Shown here: piece after piece, positions 12,708-28,264 of the stretch
Layout of the letters: every line of letters begins with the position of its first letter
Numbering within the stretch: the first letter of the stretch is position 1
NCBI GenBank assembly: GCA_951406725.2
Contig: OX597820.1
Span: 54,436,001 to 54,500,000, forward strand
Direction of reading: 5' to 3'
From: Octopus vulgaris
Lineage: Eukaryota
Length of the DNA stretch: 64,000 bases
The notes under the pieces: model-generated
The model's input: the letters and a program-made list of their open reading frames with translations, nothing else
Databases searched by the model: none
What the model was told of the DNA's origin: nothing
Position numbers and translations under genes: made by a program

Positions 12708-13299
12708 TAGTTTTCTTAGAGCCATTTGTATGAAGTGTTTCTTATTGCGGAAACCATACGAGTACATCGTGATACAGAATAATAAAATTCACTTAGGCAG
12801 ATAGAGATAGATTCGTCAAAGATACACACATACATACACACACATATATATTTATATGAAATATGATACTCGTGTGCATATGAAATATATAAATATATAT
12901 AGAGAGAGAGAGAGAGCAACATATAATCACACACACACACACAAATATAAATATGTTTATTACTACTGGATTTCTTTCTTTTTTTTATATCATAAGCTTG
13001 GTAAGGTTTCGGATAAGTTGATGTATAAGGAGCCAGAATGGAAGACATTTCGAAACAAATAAGAGGTTACATTTGGCTGGATGGACGCATGTCTGTTAAG
13101 GGCTTAAAGCAGTCTGCTCATCTCAGAGACACCAGTCCGTATATGAGAAAGCGTGTGCATGTTCACACGTGCGCGTGCTTGTATCTGTCTACCTTCCTGT
13201 CTGTCTATATGTATGTATGTATGCATGCATGCATGTAAGCATGCATGTAGGTATATATGCATGCATGTATGTGTGTGTGCATAGATGTATAAACACAGG

Positions 13300-13645
13300 T
13301 AAACCACATTGTTTCGGGTTCAGTACTACTGCGTACTACTACCTTGGTCAAGTATCTTCTAGTATAGCCTGCGGCCTACCAGAGCCTTGACATTGGATTT
13401 AGTAGTGCGCGCGCGCGTGAGTGTGCGCACGGACGCGTGTTTGTTTTTGCGTTTGGGCGTGTGTGTTCCCCCCTCCCCACCATCGCTTCACAGCCGGTGT
13501 CGGTTTGTTTACATTCCTTCAACCTTCGTCAAAACATACCCTTAGAATAAGTACTATACTTAAAAAGATAATTACTGAGGTCGATTTATTCGACAAAGCA
13601 CTTCAAGTCAGTACTCCAGCATGGTCGCAAGTAGAAGATAAAAGA
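13300..13645 (+). mobile_element. Old diverged SINE-A copy
   Basis: The GGGTTCAGT...CCTTGGTCAAGT...TATAGCCT...AGAATAAGTACT...CTCCAGCATGG blocks are kept in order. Confidence 0.7.
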
Positions 13646-13903
13646 TACATTTATAAGTTTAGCCGTAGAAACAGAAGAAAGAATACTTAACGCATGTAGC
13701 GGAGTTGGGTCGTTCGAAACCGATGATTTATTTCCGTGGTTCCCATCTATTTTTTACGTATGAGCCCCTTTTGTTCCTATTTTGCTTGGGAGAGGGGACT
13801 GCCATAGCCATTTGATGTTTATATATATATAGTTTACTGTTCCATCAACAGGTAAGATCGGCAAAAAGTACTTCATCCACTGAGAAATAAATATTATTTA
13901 TTA

Positions 13904-14800
13904 TACGAGGTGATATCAAAAAATTCCCGGACTGGTTCTGTAGGGCTCCAACATGGCAGCACACGGTTGAGTGCGCAGTGAGAGCTAGCAGTAACCTTCA
14001 TGAGGTAGTGCGCCGAGTAAAATCACTGTGTTTACTTCGCAATTTGTGAAATTTATATTTTGGGGATCACGTGTATGCTGTAGTCTGCGATTTTTGTCAT
14101 GGACAGGCAGTTAGAGCGAAGAGCTAACGTGAAATTTTGCGCAAAACTTGGGAAGTCTGCTACAGAGACATTGAGCATGCTTCTGCAAGCTTACAGTGAT
14201 GATGCAGTGGGTCGTACACAATGTTACGAGTGGCACCGGTGCTTCAAAAACAGAAGGACGTCCCTGGAAGACCTGCCACGGGCGTCACCCCCGGAAATAT
14301 AGTACTGTGCATCGAGAATTCGTCCCCCAGGTCCAGACGGTCAATCGAGAGTTATACTGCGATGTTTTGAAGCGTTTGAGGGAAGACATTCGGCGAAAGC
14401 GACTGGATCTGTGGAGAGCGAAGAACTGGATTCTTCACGACAACAATGCACTTTGTCACTGAGTTCTCCTCACTCGTGAGTTTCTCGACAAAATCAACAT
14501 GGTATCGCGTCCGCACTCGCTCTATTCGCCAGATTTAGCACCTGCGGACTTCTATCTCTTCCCCCAGGATGAAAATGCAGCTCAAAGGTCGCAGTTTTAA
14601 CACCGTTGTCGAGATCCAGAACGAATCGCAGAAGGTCCTTGAAATGCTTACGGAAAACGACTTCCAGACCGAATTCCAATAGTGGCAAGAAAGCTGGGAC
14701 CGGTGTATTGCTGCGCAAGACGACCATATCGAAGGAGATGATGCTAAAACTTAGGTAAATAATTTAATTTTTATTAAACATAAATAGCTCGGGAGTATTT
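13904..14800 (+). mobile_element. Internally deleted mariner element (transposase pseudogene about 14099-14754)
   Basis: TA followed by left TIR TACGAGGTGATATCAAAAAATTCCCGGACT. N-terminal HTH RANVKFCAKLGKSATET...EWHRCFK, then WILHDNNALCH (HHDNAPAH) and YSPDLAPADFYLFP. The right TIR is truncated. Confidence 0.9.
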
Positions 14801-14928
14801 AAATAAGTTTTACATAAGGAGCTATTAACTAATGCACGGTATTTAAAATTCACAATATCATTTATTAGTCACCGGATATCAGGCCATAAAACTATTAGTA
14901 GCTCTTATTTAAGTACTGTGTATATTAA

Positions 14929-14963
<35 letters not shown>

Positions 14964-16644
14964 AGAAAGCAGTAGCTGGGAAAATCGACTTCCCGGCAAA
15001 GTTCCCAGTTTCGAAATTTTATGTCACTTCATTATGTACTTACGTACGTTTGTATGTATGTATGTATGTATGTATGTATGTATGTATGTATAGGTAAGTA
15101 GGTAGGCAGGTAGGTAGATTTTTTAATTTCATGAATTCTTATAAAGGAGGGTTGATTTCTAAGTAGAAATAAAGTTTCATCTTTGGAATGTAAATAACAT
15201 CAGTAAAGAATTACAGATTGGATTTGCAGAGCGCGTATTAAACGGTCTCTTTTTCCGCCTGAAAACACCCAGATTTCCTAGACTATTTAATATTTCGTAA
15301 CACAACCAAGCATGCCAATGGTAATGCTCACAAATGTAAATTTATAAACTGGGTAGAGAATTTGTAGGTTTAAAAGCAGCTGGCCAGAAATATCATCTCC
15401 TTCACTGAGTTTGAATGAAATGTTCTCCACTTCTCAACAGCTGACATCTATAACTACATAATATTTCGTTTCCTTCTAAAACGAAAAATGATTATATCAA
15501 TCCTCTTGTGTTTACATTTGTCTGGAGTTTTTCATAGGAATGTTCCACCGAAACTACTTAAGTTGGTAACTATTATGAATAAACTGAACATGAGAAATAA
15601 TTTCAATAGCTATCTCAGAGCAGTCTTTACGTCAGGATCGAATTTTTGCATATATTGTTTTTAATAGCAAAATCATGTTGCGTTGGATAGTATTACTTTA
15701 ATGACACTTTTGAGCAGCTGCGAGCCAAATATGCCTCTCTTGATGTGTGATGTAGTCGCCATTTTCTGTCACGTCTTACGAGTTTGCTCAACGGGTGTTG
15801 CTGTCTCCTGCTTTTGTTTTTGCTTTTTTCAAACGCATAAACTTAAATATAACGTAATATCATGTAGCGGCCAAGTGGCCAAGTGGCCAAGAGAAGCTAC
15901 ACGTCCTTTTAATAATGATATCACTTTCAAGTTTATGGAAACTATAGCCATGTATGATGACTCTTTCTCCTCTTAGTCATGTTCATCCAGTGTTTCTGGA
16001 GGTCTCATAGATCATCTTCAAAAACAGATGCTGTTTCATGTGTTCACTCACGACACATGAGATGCTGTTCTCTTCTCTTTAATATACTTTTACACAATTC
16101 TGTTAAATGTGCTATGTCTCTTTCGTATATTCCGGACGTCTTGAAAACGTATGTGCTGAGCAATATTACCAAATGAATTATATATGAAAAAGCAGTGAGG
16201 AGTGAGCCTGATCTGTTTCGCCCTTTTTAGTCCTCATCAGCGAATCAGTCTAACCGTTTCTGCAGATCCTAGAATGATAAGGGACTTCTTGTGGATGAAC
16301 ACTATGCTTCGCCGATGATGACACATAAGGCGGAAACATACTTAGATTTATCATTTTTCTTCTAAGGATCAACCTCACTCTCTACTGCGGTCTACATGTG
16401 ATTTATTAAACATTTCGATGTTGTCTACCCTGTTTTCTCTCACAAAAATGAGTCATTTAACATAATTATTGTTTTCTCATCATTGTGGGTGTAATTTTAA
16501 TTAAAATTCTAATGGAATAATAAACATATCAAATATGCTACCGCCCACTTTAATAGTGTGTAAATGTTTATAGATATATGTGTGTGTGTGTGTCTATGTG
16601 TATGTGTTTGTATTTGTACATATGCGTGTGTGTAGAAAGAAGGA

Positions 16645-16680
<36 letters not shown>

Positions 16681-16690
16681 ACGGAGATAG

Positions 16691-16728
<38 letters not shown>

Positions 16729-17161
16729 ATAACTAGATAAAGACAGAGCTATATGTGTTTCTGTGTATGTGAGTCTATATATTATATATTCATGGGCACT
16801 TGTGTATATTTGTGTGTGTGTGTGTGTGTGTGTGCCCGCGTGTGTGTGTGTGTGTGTAGGAAAAAACTGTTTGGGTACAAATCGAAGGAAGAAAGTTTGT
16901 TCATTTTAAACACAGCTGAAGGAACGACTTCACAAGCTGTACGACGACCATGTTAACACACACCAATTGCGATGGTATTTGAAAGGATACAGCAGCAACA
17001 TTAGACGCACTTAAAAAAGACAATCACGGAAGCGATGGGATAGCTATGTTGTACTGAAATGTCAGGGAGACCATGTGTCACATGCCCGAAAGTATAGTTA
17101 CTCAAGTGCACCTTAACCACTTGAGGACCATATAAACTAAAAATACACATAGTATATCCGC

Positions 17162-17208
<47 letters not shown>

Positions 17209-17407
17209 TCGAAATACGAGAGTAGAAAAACAGCCAACAACTGATGAAGGGTCGTTCTTTGTGTTGTTCGTCTTGTTTTCCATTTGTGTCTTTCGTTGCT
17301 CGAAAATATAGTTCATATTCCATGTACTCGTACTTCGTACTTTTGGTGTACACATTTCGTGACATCCTGTGCCCATATATGCAAACATACATACATACAT
17401 ATATATA

Positions 17408-17920
17408 AACTTAGAACTTAGATAAACTTAGATATGTTTCGACCAAAGATTGGTCCAGGCCATGTCTAACTTAATAGCACCACCTGATAGGATTATTCGA
17501 ATCCTGTTTAAGTCAAGTTTTGTTCAAGTAGTGAGTTCTTGTTGGGTGAGTTGTATCCAGTTTTGTTCAAGTAGTGAGTTATTGTTGGGTGAGTTGTATC
17601 CAATTATGGGTGGCTTATCTGGTATTCTTTGAAGGAATCTATCCAGACTCTGTTTAAAGTTGATGGGATCCTTTTCCTCTTTGATCTCCCTCGGGACAAT
17701 GTTAAATAGGGCAGGGCCTGTTGAGGAAAAGAAATTATGTTGCAGTGTACATGTATGTTGTGATCTTGAATTGGGCAGGGGACGTTTAGCCCGTGGTCCA
17801 AGTCTTGGATGAACCTTGAAGCTAATGTTTAGGTCGTTTGGGCAAAGTTGGCGGTATATTTTCCACATCGTACAAATGATGTACCGCTCACGGCGACGCT
17901 GGAGGGAGTAAAGTTTCAAT
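17408..17920 (-). mobile_element. 5'-truncated CR1-group LINE (end of ORF2, 3' UTR and short-repeat tail)
   Basis: Open frame [16 protein letters not shown]...GPALFNIVP...FKQSLDRFLQRIPDKP, typical of CR1-like ORF2 ends. It has a (TCTAAGTT)-type tail and a ~42-bp tandem duplication at the end of the ORF. Confidence 0.85.
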
Positions 17921-18033
17921 AAAAAGTTTCAATCTGAAACCGGTACTGCATTATCCGTTTCTAGGTTTTTCATTTTTCAGATGTTCTTCCTAGAGGTAAG
18001 ACAATTTTTTTCATGTTTGTTGCATATATATAT

Positions 18034-18126
<93 letters not shown>

Positions 18127-18288
18127 TGTATGTATGTACATATACGCATGTATATATGCATATATATATATATGTATTATTTATATTATTTTATATATAT
18201 ATTATATATATATATATATATACGTATAGATGTATGTATGTACATATACGTATGTATATATGCATATATATATATGTATTATTTATAT

Positions 18289-18362
<74 letters not shown>

Positions 18363-18539
18363 TGGCACATAAGATTTAAGCTAACTCCTGTGGAGGGCTC
18401 TTCATTCAGCCTTGGGCCTAACAATGTCACTTCATGCATTGAGTACATATTAAATTTTATTAAACTTGACCAATATTTTTCAAGCAATGAACAATTTTCA
18501 TCAAAACAATGATATAATCTGTCGACTTGGAACTTACTG

Positions 18540-18655
18540 CAAAGCTGTATGATAAACAACATTTTTTTTGTCTTCCTATTCGGGGTCAGTACAAATTGCT
18601 TGTTTCCATTCCCTACCCTTGAACAACCAACATATAGGTGGTCGTAGGCAACAAT
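18540..18655 (-). mobile_element. C-terminal fragment of a Helitron RepHel (Pif1-like helicase)
   Basis: DHLYVGCSRVGNGN matches helicase motif VI (GQLYVACSRVG). After a slip in an A run it continues KNVVYHTALQ*, the usual RepHel terminus. Confidence 0.7.
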
Positions 18656-19473
18656 AAACTTACCTTTAAAAAGTTCAACGATAATTCTTCTGCTGCCACT
18701 TAATTTTAAAGCAATTTGATGTACGTACGGCCTTACTTTTCGTACAAACAATTATTTGTAGTAGCTGGTACGTATCTAAACTCCTGTTCGTTGTTTGATA
18801 GAAAATTATACCTCTGTCGCTCAACACTATCTTAAAGTGCGATTCTTATAGTTTGGAATTTCTCTAAATGTATTTGACCAAAAGGATGTTTGAATTTTAG
18901 CATTTTTTAGTATATTTTGAGGTAATAATAAAATTAGTCGACTCTATTTTCATGCAGTCTGAGTGCGCTAAGTTTCCATAGCTACGACGGCCGATGGCAT
19001 GAAAAAAGATCCGACAAATGTTATTAATATCTGATAAAATACTAAGTTTCCAACATTTTTCTGGTAGAGAGGTAATATTGTATGAGAAAATGAGTTCAAT
19101 ACGTATTTCAGTTGCGAACGTTATGAAACACGTGTTATGGTTTAAGTACTTGATACAGTTATAATATTTAAACATGTTTAGTTTGGAAATTAGTTTTGGA
19201 AATAGTTATAATATTTAGAGTGATATTTTTTTTTCAAAAGGTTAAGATAAAGAGAATGCCGAAAATGATGAATAGTAGAAGTGTCATTGAATAGCGAGAG
19301 AGAGAGATAAAGCATTGAACAGTGAGAGAGAGAGGTTCGGAGGAATAAAGTTGAAAAAGTGTGATACACTGAAACACTGACATTCGCTTTCGCATTTATA
19401 TATATATATATATCATTTATATATATATATATACAAATTATATATATATATGTATAATCTTTATATATATATA

Positions 19474-20757
19474 CAGGGGCTGGGCAAAATAATGGAAACA
19501 CCTTAAAATTTAAAACAAATTTATTTTAATATGGGGTAGGTCCACCATTGGCAGTAATTACAGCTTGAATTCTACGAGGTATGGACTCATACAAAGTTTG
19601 AATTGTTTCCAAAGGAAATTTTGTCCATTCTTCAGCTAAAACAGTCTGCAGTTTTTGTAGTGATGATGGTGAAGGATTTTGACTCCTTACGTGTTTTTTC
19701 TAAAATGCACCATAAATGTTCAATGATATTGAGATCTGAGGACTGTGGTGGCCTTGTAAGATGTTCAACTTCACTAGAATGTTCCTCGTGCCATTCAGTA
19801 ACAACTTTAGCAGAGTGAATTGGTGCATTATCATCCTGAAAGATTGCATTTCCCTTCGGAATAGTTCCTCAACCATACGATGAATTTGATAAGATAAAAT
19901 AGTTGAATAGACTTGACTACAAATTCTGCCATGAAGGGAAACCATTGGGCCGGCAGGTTTTCAAGATATAGCCTCACCCCACCCAGATCATCACAGATCC
20001 TCCTCCATGGGTAACATTTGGAAGAAGGTAGTCTGGGTCAAATACTTCTTTTGGTTATCTCCACACGTATACTCAGCCGGTGGTCGGAAATAAGGTAAAG
20101 GATGACTCGTCCGAGAAAATAACATTCTTCTACTGCTCTAGGGACCAATTCTGTAGGTTTTTACTCCACTCTAAATGCTTTGCAACGTTTGTTTTTGAAA
20201 GTATTGGTTTTCTTGTTGGAACCCCCCGCCCCGTGAAATCCGGCATTGTGCAGCTCCGGTGAACAGTTTTTGCGGAAACTGGGTTCTCGAGGTGGTCATT
20301 AAGCTCTGCAGTAATTTGGGGAGCTGCACTTTTGTGATCCTTTCTAACAATTTGCATAAGAGTCTGACAGTCCCTATCTGAAAGTTTTGGTTTTGTTCCG
20401 GAGTTTTATTTCGATGAGCAGGTTTTTCCCTCCTTCTTAAAGTCTGTCATTACTTTCAAGACAGTACTTCTTGATACACCAAACATTTCGGCTGTTTTCG
20501 TTACGCTAGCGCCTGCCATACGAGCAACGACAATTTGACCTCTTTGAAAGTGTGACAGATCTGCCATTTTAATGAATTCTAATTGCCTTTTTCCTGATGA
20601 TATCTGAAAATAAATAGCAATTTTAGTAAAACATATTAAGCAACACTAATAATATATCAAAAAACATAAAAGTAAACAAGCTTTTGACGGTTTTATAGAT
20701 ATTTCAAAATTATAATGCTATGATGCTAGGTGTTTCCATTATTTTGTCCAACCCCTG
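19474..20757 (-). mobile_element. Full-length Tc1-like (DD34E) transposon; transposase pseudogene 20567 to 19526
   Basis: 30-bp TIRs CAGGGG(C/T)TGG(G/A)CAAAATAATGGAAACACCT with TA on both sides. Motifs MADLSHFQRGQIV, IFSDES, FQDDNAPIH, PPQSSDLNIIEHLW and GGPTPY*, broken by stops and frameshifts. Confidence 0.95.
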
Positions 20758-20993
20758 TATACAGAAATTATATGAGTATATATAATTTATATATATATAT
20801 TATATATGTATATACAATTTATATACATAAATTATGTGTATATGCAATTTATATGTATAAATTATGTATATATAATTGATATATATATAGTCTCACACAT
20901 GCACATATATATATACACACACATATATACATACACACACACATGCTCTCTCTCACACGCACGCACACACATGTATGTATGTATGTATCTATG

Positions 20994-21027
<34 letters not shown>

Positions 21028-21224
21028 TGTATGTGTGCATGTGTGCATGCATGTGTATGTATATTACATAATTGGTCTTTCGTAACAGTACATCAGGAAA
21101 TTAATGGCATAAGATTTACTGGGTCAGATTATAGTCATTACGTAATGGGGTGGACCTGTGACATATGCCTCTTGTGCGTGTGTGTATGCGTGTATACACA
21201 TACATTCTTGCATAGACACACATG

Positions 21225-21735
21225 CATACATACATACATACATACATACATACGTACATACATACAAGTATACATACATACATACATACATACGTACATA
21301 TATACATATATACATATATACATACATACATATGTACATATATACCTATATACATACATACGTACATACATACATACATACATACATATATACATACATA
21401 CATGCATGCATGCATACATACATACATACATACATACATACACACATACATACATACATACATACATACATACATACATACATACATACATACATACATA
21501 CATACATACATACATACATACATACATACATACATACATACATACATACATACATACATACATACATACATACATACATACATACATGCATACATACATA
21601 TATACATACATGCATGCATGCATGCATACATACATGCATATGCATACATACATACATACATACATACATACATACATACATACATACATACATACATACA
21701 TACATACATACATACATACATACATACATACATGC
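21225..21735. repeat. Long (TACA)n/(TGCA)n compound microsatellite
   Basis: Seen directly. It is the source of the 200-418 aa HTYI/MYVC pseudo-ORFs. Confidence 0.98.
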
Positions 21736-23115
21736 ACCAGCATGCAGGGATATGTGTGTTTTTATTTGTTGGAAATAATGAGAAATCTTTATTTTTATCT
21801 CCGACGAAAAGCTGCGACAGCTGTTCACTTCGACACACACTCCTCTTTCTTTCTTCCTTTCTGTTTTTCGTTCGTTCGTTCATCCTTTCTAACTCTCTGT
21901 CTGTCTGTATGTATGCATGTCTCTATCTATATATCTATCTATCTATCCGTCTCTATCTCTCTTTCTGTCCACATTTCCATGTCTTTCGATTGGTTACATA
22001 TTTCTCCACCAAATAATACACGTACCCACTTCTCAATGCTTAACGCCAACTCGAAGCAATGACGTTCTTATCTATAACTTACCAAATTTAAAAGTTTGTT
22101 TTTGAGCGCTCGCTTGTGTTTGTATAAAAAACGAAGTATAGAACGAGAGAGACAGAGAAGTAGGAAAGGAAGAGAACACGAGACTGGGTGAGAGAGTGAC
22201 TGAGTGAGAAGACTAAAACATGTTTGGCAACTTTGTATAAACGCTGTTAGATATTTTTTCAGCGTGTTATTTCAACGCATTATCATCCTAGACTTGTGGT
22301 CAACGTGGATTATTTGTGCAGTAGAACATGAAATAGTTTTTATTTGTCTTAATCTTCTCATACAATTCCACGATGTATTATAGGAAGGAATCTTAAATCA
22401 ACTGCAGTACTTGACTGGCACTGTCTTGAACTTTTTTCTTTCTTCCAACAAGGACCGCTTGTTCCCTCTGTGTACTAATTTCTTCAAGCTGATCTACTTT
22501 AATATTTCCTGTTGTCGATGTTCTTGCTCTTATTTTTTTTTCTTTTATATTTTTTTCTGGTGGTGGTGGTGGTGGTAGTAGTAGTAGTAGTGATGTTGTT
22601 GACAGCCTTTATTCAGAAAATTTATGAAAGTCACGGGTGAGCTGCGGCTCGCGGAGTTTTTTGAATGACGCACCGAACGAAAAATTGCCTTGAATTTTTT
22701 TTAGTAGAGCAGCTCCCGCTGACGACGAGTCGAAAATGGTTGATTATACCTGATATATGAGCAAAGATTTCCGGTCGAAATCATCGCATCTTCTGTTTTT
22801 TAGACATTGCATCTAGTTCTTGATTGGCCAGTGTTTTCTTCCATTCATTTTTTTAAAGTCGAAAGAGGGATTTTTGGCTACTATTTCTAACGAGATTTTT
22901 GGCTACTATTTCTATTGCATTGTAGTATATCGGTTGCTGAAAAGGGTAACGATATTTTTTTATTATCGATGACAAATATTTTCAACAAAATGAGAGAAGT
23001 TAATTACTTTTAATATTTTTACCAACTTCTGTCTAATATTTGTTTTAATCATTGGACTGCGGCCACACTGGGGCATCACCTGGAAGGATTCGTCGAGCAA
23101 ATCAAACCTACCACA

Positions 23116-23190
<75 letters not shown>

Positions 23191-23203
23191 CATTATCGTT
23201 ATT

Positions 23204-23750
23204 GAGTGAGAGAGCAGTGCATGCCATCAAAGTGACACTGGGGTAAAATATACGAAGCCCAGTATAACCATCATGACTACCCGTCTGATAAGGGTACACC
23301 AGGCACATGCATCACAACCATATGTGCGCGACATGGTGATCTCATATCAAGATAAACAGCGCATGGCCTTGCAGATGGGGCCCAGTTAGAATTTTCTTCT
23401 GGTCGAGTAGCCTATTCCGGTCAAAAGGCTCCTGAATAAGGATTGTTTAAGGATGTTGAACGGACCACCCATGTTTCCAAAGGTGAATTATCCAAACCTC
23501 CAAGAATTCCTTTCAACACACGGCTATGATGCTCCCACACTATTTCTGCTCATGATCAGAGATGCACATATCGTCAGCCACATGGTCAACTGGTTAAAGT
23601 CAAACAACTGACAAGCAAATCTGTGGTATTGAGCAGAATATTTGCTGTAGCCAATCTTTTATACCAAGACAAAACAATGTACATAATAACACACATTCCA
23701 TCAGTTAAGATCAGAGGCCACGAGAGTCACTGCCTGGTAGTGCATCAGGG

Positions 23751-23751
<1 letters not shown>
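23204..23751. mobile_element. 548-bp non-coding insertion in register within a (TAA)n microsatellite
   Basis: Complex sequence with long (TAT)n on both sides and no TIRs, Pol III boxes or ORF. Mobility is inferred from context. Confidence 0.55.
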
Positions 23752-23840
<89 letters not shown>

Positions 23841-23841
23841 G

Positions 23842-23910
<69 letters not shown>

Positions 23911-25385
23911 GCTATTATTATTTCTCCTCTACGAAATTCACAAACAAAGCATTGATCGTTCCGGGTCTCTATTAGAAGACACTTGGCGAAGGTCCTGCGC
24001 CGTGAGACTATACGTGAATCTACGTGGTGGCAAAACGAGCTTGTAAGCTACACAGCCATACTTTTACCTACAAACATCTTTTTAAAAAAAAAATCCCCTC
24101 GTTCATCTTACTTTCCTTTATTTCCTTTTCTTGACCCATTTTCTTCTCAAATAGCAAAAAAAAAAATACCTATTAAGATTTCGACCCTTCGATAGATAAA
24201 TTTTCTATTGACAGTTGGATCAATTTTCTATTGGTTGAGAAATAAACATCGTTTTTATATCTGTATTGATTTAAGTAAGGTCCATTAGTTCGAAAAGATG
24301 GTTATGCTTTTCTTTAATTCTTTTCCTCCCCGGCGCTCTCTCTTTCTCCCTCCCTCCCCCCTCTCTCTCTCTTTCTTTCTCTCAATGCCCTATGTTTACA
24401 TAATCTTATTCGTGGCAATACGTTATCTACTTTACGAAATTTATGTGCTAAATCCATACTCTAATTTCATAGCACCATATTACTTGAACACATGTATGTG
24501 TGTGTGTGTGTGTGGGCTGACATTGATTTGTTAAGCAAGTAAATAAAATCATTAGTTGATCACAGTTGTTTATCGTCATAAAAGATGAATACTATGGCTA
24601 TGAAGATAAAGCATTTGTGAGTGTGGGCGTGGGTGTGCGTGAGTTCAGAATCATGTAACTGATGTAATAGACACAGGAAATAAAGAAGCAGAGATTGATC
24701 CCGCATGAGTCTTAAACTTAAACTTCAATTCATCGCTAAGTATTCTTTTCTAACTTAATCCATAAGATAAGTTGGACTTCATGAGAAGTGAGGTGGTCGC
24801 TGAAGTTTCGAGCAGGAGCTCTTATTCAAAGATTTCATATCTTTTTATGTCATTTGTAACCGCCATCGTAAAGTTATCATATCTTTTCAACAAGTAAATA
24901 TGGTAATGCTTAGAGGTAAATTGCATGATGTAGGGTTATTTCTATAATACGAGAAAACACGATCCAAAGAAGATTTTTGTATGTCAAAACATTTGATTGC
25001 TTTCTACAGAGGTTTGTGTGTGTGTGTGTGTGTGTGTGTGTACTCAAATTTGCTTATGATTTTGCTTTACTTACCCTTAGTTCATTATGGCCACATATGG
25101 GGATGCAGGAAGAGCTAGTAACAAGAGCGGTAGGATTGAATATTCCGATCTAACTTGTTGAAAACACACACACACAAATCGAATATGATCATTTAATGCG
25201 GTAAGCTCGATAACTTTAATTTATTGTGATTATACCTACATCGATGCGAGTCAAAAATTGTAGAGCACTCCCAAAATATTAAAAACAAATTGGCAAGGGA
25301 GACAACTCAAATTTGAAATTTTAAAAAAAACTATTTTGTTTGAAGTTTGTAGTGAGCTACATCTCTACGTTTTAAGTTAAAACCC

Positions 25386-27211
<1,826 letters not shown>

Positions 27212-27486
27212 AACAGCGAGCTACAGAGAAATACTGCAACATTTGTCTACTTCCTCTAAAGAATTCTTATCACAATTTTACTCCAAGTAATTTGAAGCCG
27301 AATATGGTAAAATATATTTCCTTCATCATGAGAGATTGGATATAATCATGATGTTTGAATTTCTACAATCTATTTGTTTATATTCTTCAATGTTCAATGC
27401 GAATTTCTAATAGCAAGAAATATTTACAAACTTTTCAAGCTGTTAAACTTCTCTTTTGGTAAAACAAGTGCTATTGATATATCCCC

Positions 27487-27553
<67 letters not shown>

Positions 27554-27556
<3 letters not shown>

Positions 27557-27661
27557 GATGTCGCACAGTATCCGATATCGTGATGTTGTTGATTGAAGAC
27601 ATTGTGTCTACCGGGGATTTGTACTGTCTGTCAAGCCACAAGGACCTCAGACAGACAGTAC
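27554..27661 (-). mobile_element. Short retroelement 3' tail ending in (TAA)n
   Basis: Hairpin GTACTGTCTGTC...GACAGACAGTAC followed by a UTR-like stretch that runs into (TAA)n. Confidence 0.4.
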
Positions 27662-27793
27662 TTTCTTCTTCTTCTTCTTCTTCTTCTTCTTCTTCTTCTT
27701 CTTCTTCTTCTTCTTCTTCTTCTTCTCCCCCTCCTCCTCCTCCTTATTCTTCTCCTTCTTCTCCTCCTCCTCCTCCTCCTCCTTCTTCTTCTT

Positions 27794-27844
<51 letters not shown>

Positions 27845-27846
<2 letters not shown>

Positions 27847-28260
27847 GGCGGCGAGCTGGCACAATAGATAGCACGCCGGGCGAAGTGCTTAGCAGCATTT
27901 CGTTTGTCTTCGGGTTTTGAGATCAAATTTCACCAGTCAACTTTACTTTTCATCCTTTCGGGGTTGATAAATTCAACCTAGTGGTTAAAGCGGGTTCGAA
28001 TCTCAGACCGGGTGATGTGTGTGTTTATGAGCGAAGCACCTAAGCTCCACGCGGCTCCAGCTAAGCTAGCTCTATGTCTGCTATCCTTACGAATAAAGTT
28101 TCCATATTTGATACCAGTTGCTCCTGAGGAGACTTCCATTCTCCTTAAATTCAAGTAATATATATCTCTCTCTCCCTCTCTCTCTCTCTCTTTCTCAAGA
28201 CGGCGAGCTGGTAGAATCGCTAGCACGCCGTTCTGGGTTTACGTTCTGGGTTCAAATTCA
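27845..28260 (+). mobile_element. SINE fragments (B 27845-27973, C head 27978-28060, B head 28196-28260)
   Basis: Partial matches to the family heads. Confidence 0.7.
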
Positions 28261-28264
28261 ATCA

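Noticed and set aside
17236-17315. CTGATGA...GAAA hammerhead candidate
   Set aside because: Helices I and II do not pair convincingly. At most it is a decayed Penelope-type relic.
20806-22062. 418-aa ORF and the many other HTYI, MYVC, IYIY, poly-I, poly-N and poly-L ORFs
   Set aside because: These are translations of stop-free microsatellites, open in several frames on both strands, with no protein signal.
23698-23751. Faint resemblance to U2 snRNA (ATCAGTTAAGATCAGA; CCTGGTAGTGCA)
   Set aside because: Only two short blocks with the wrong spacing, no Sm site and no branch-pairing region, so probably chance.
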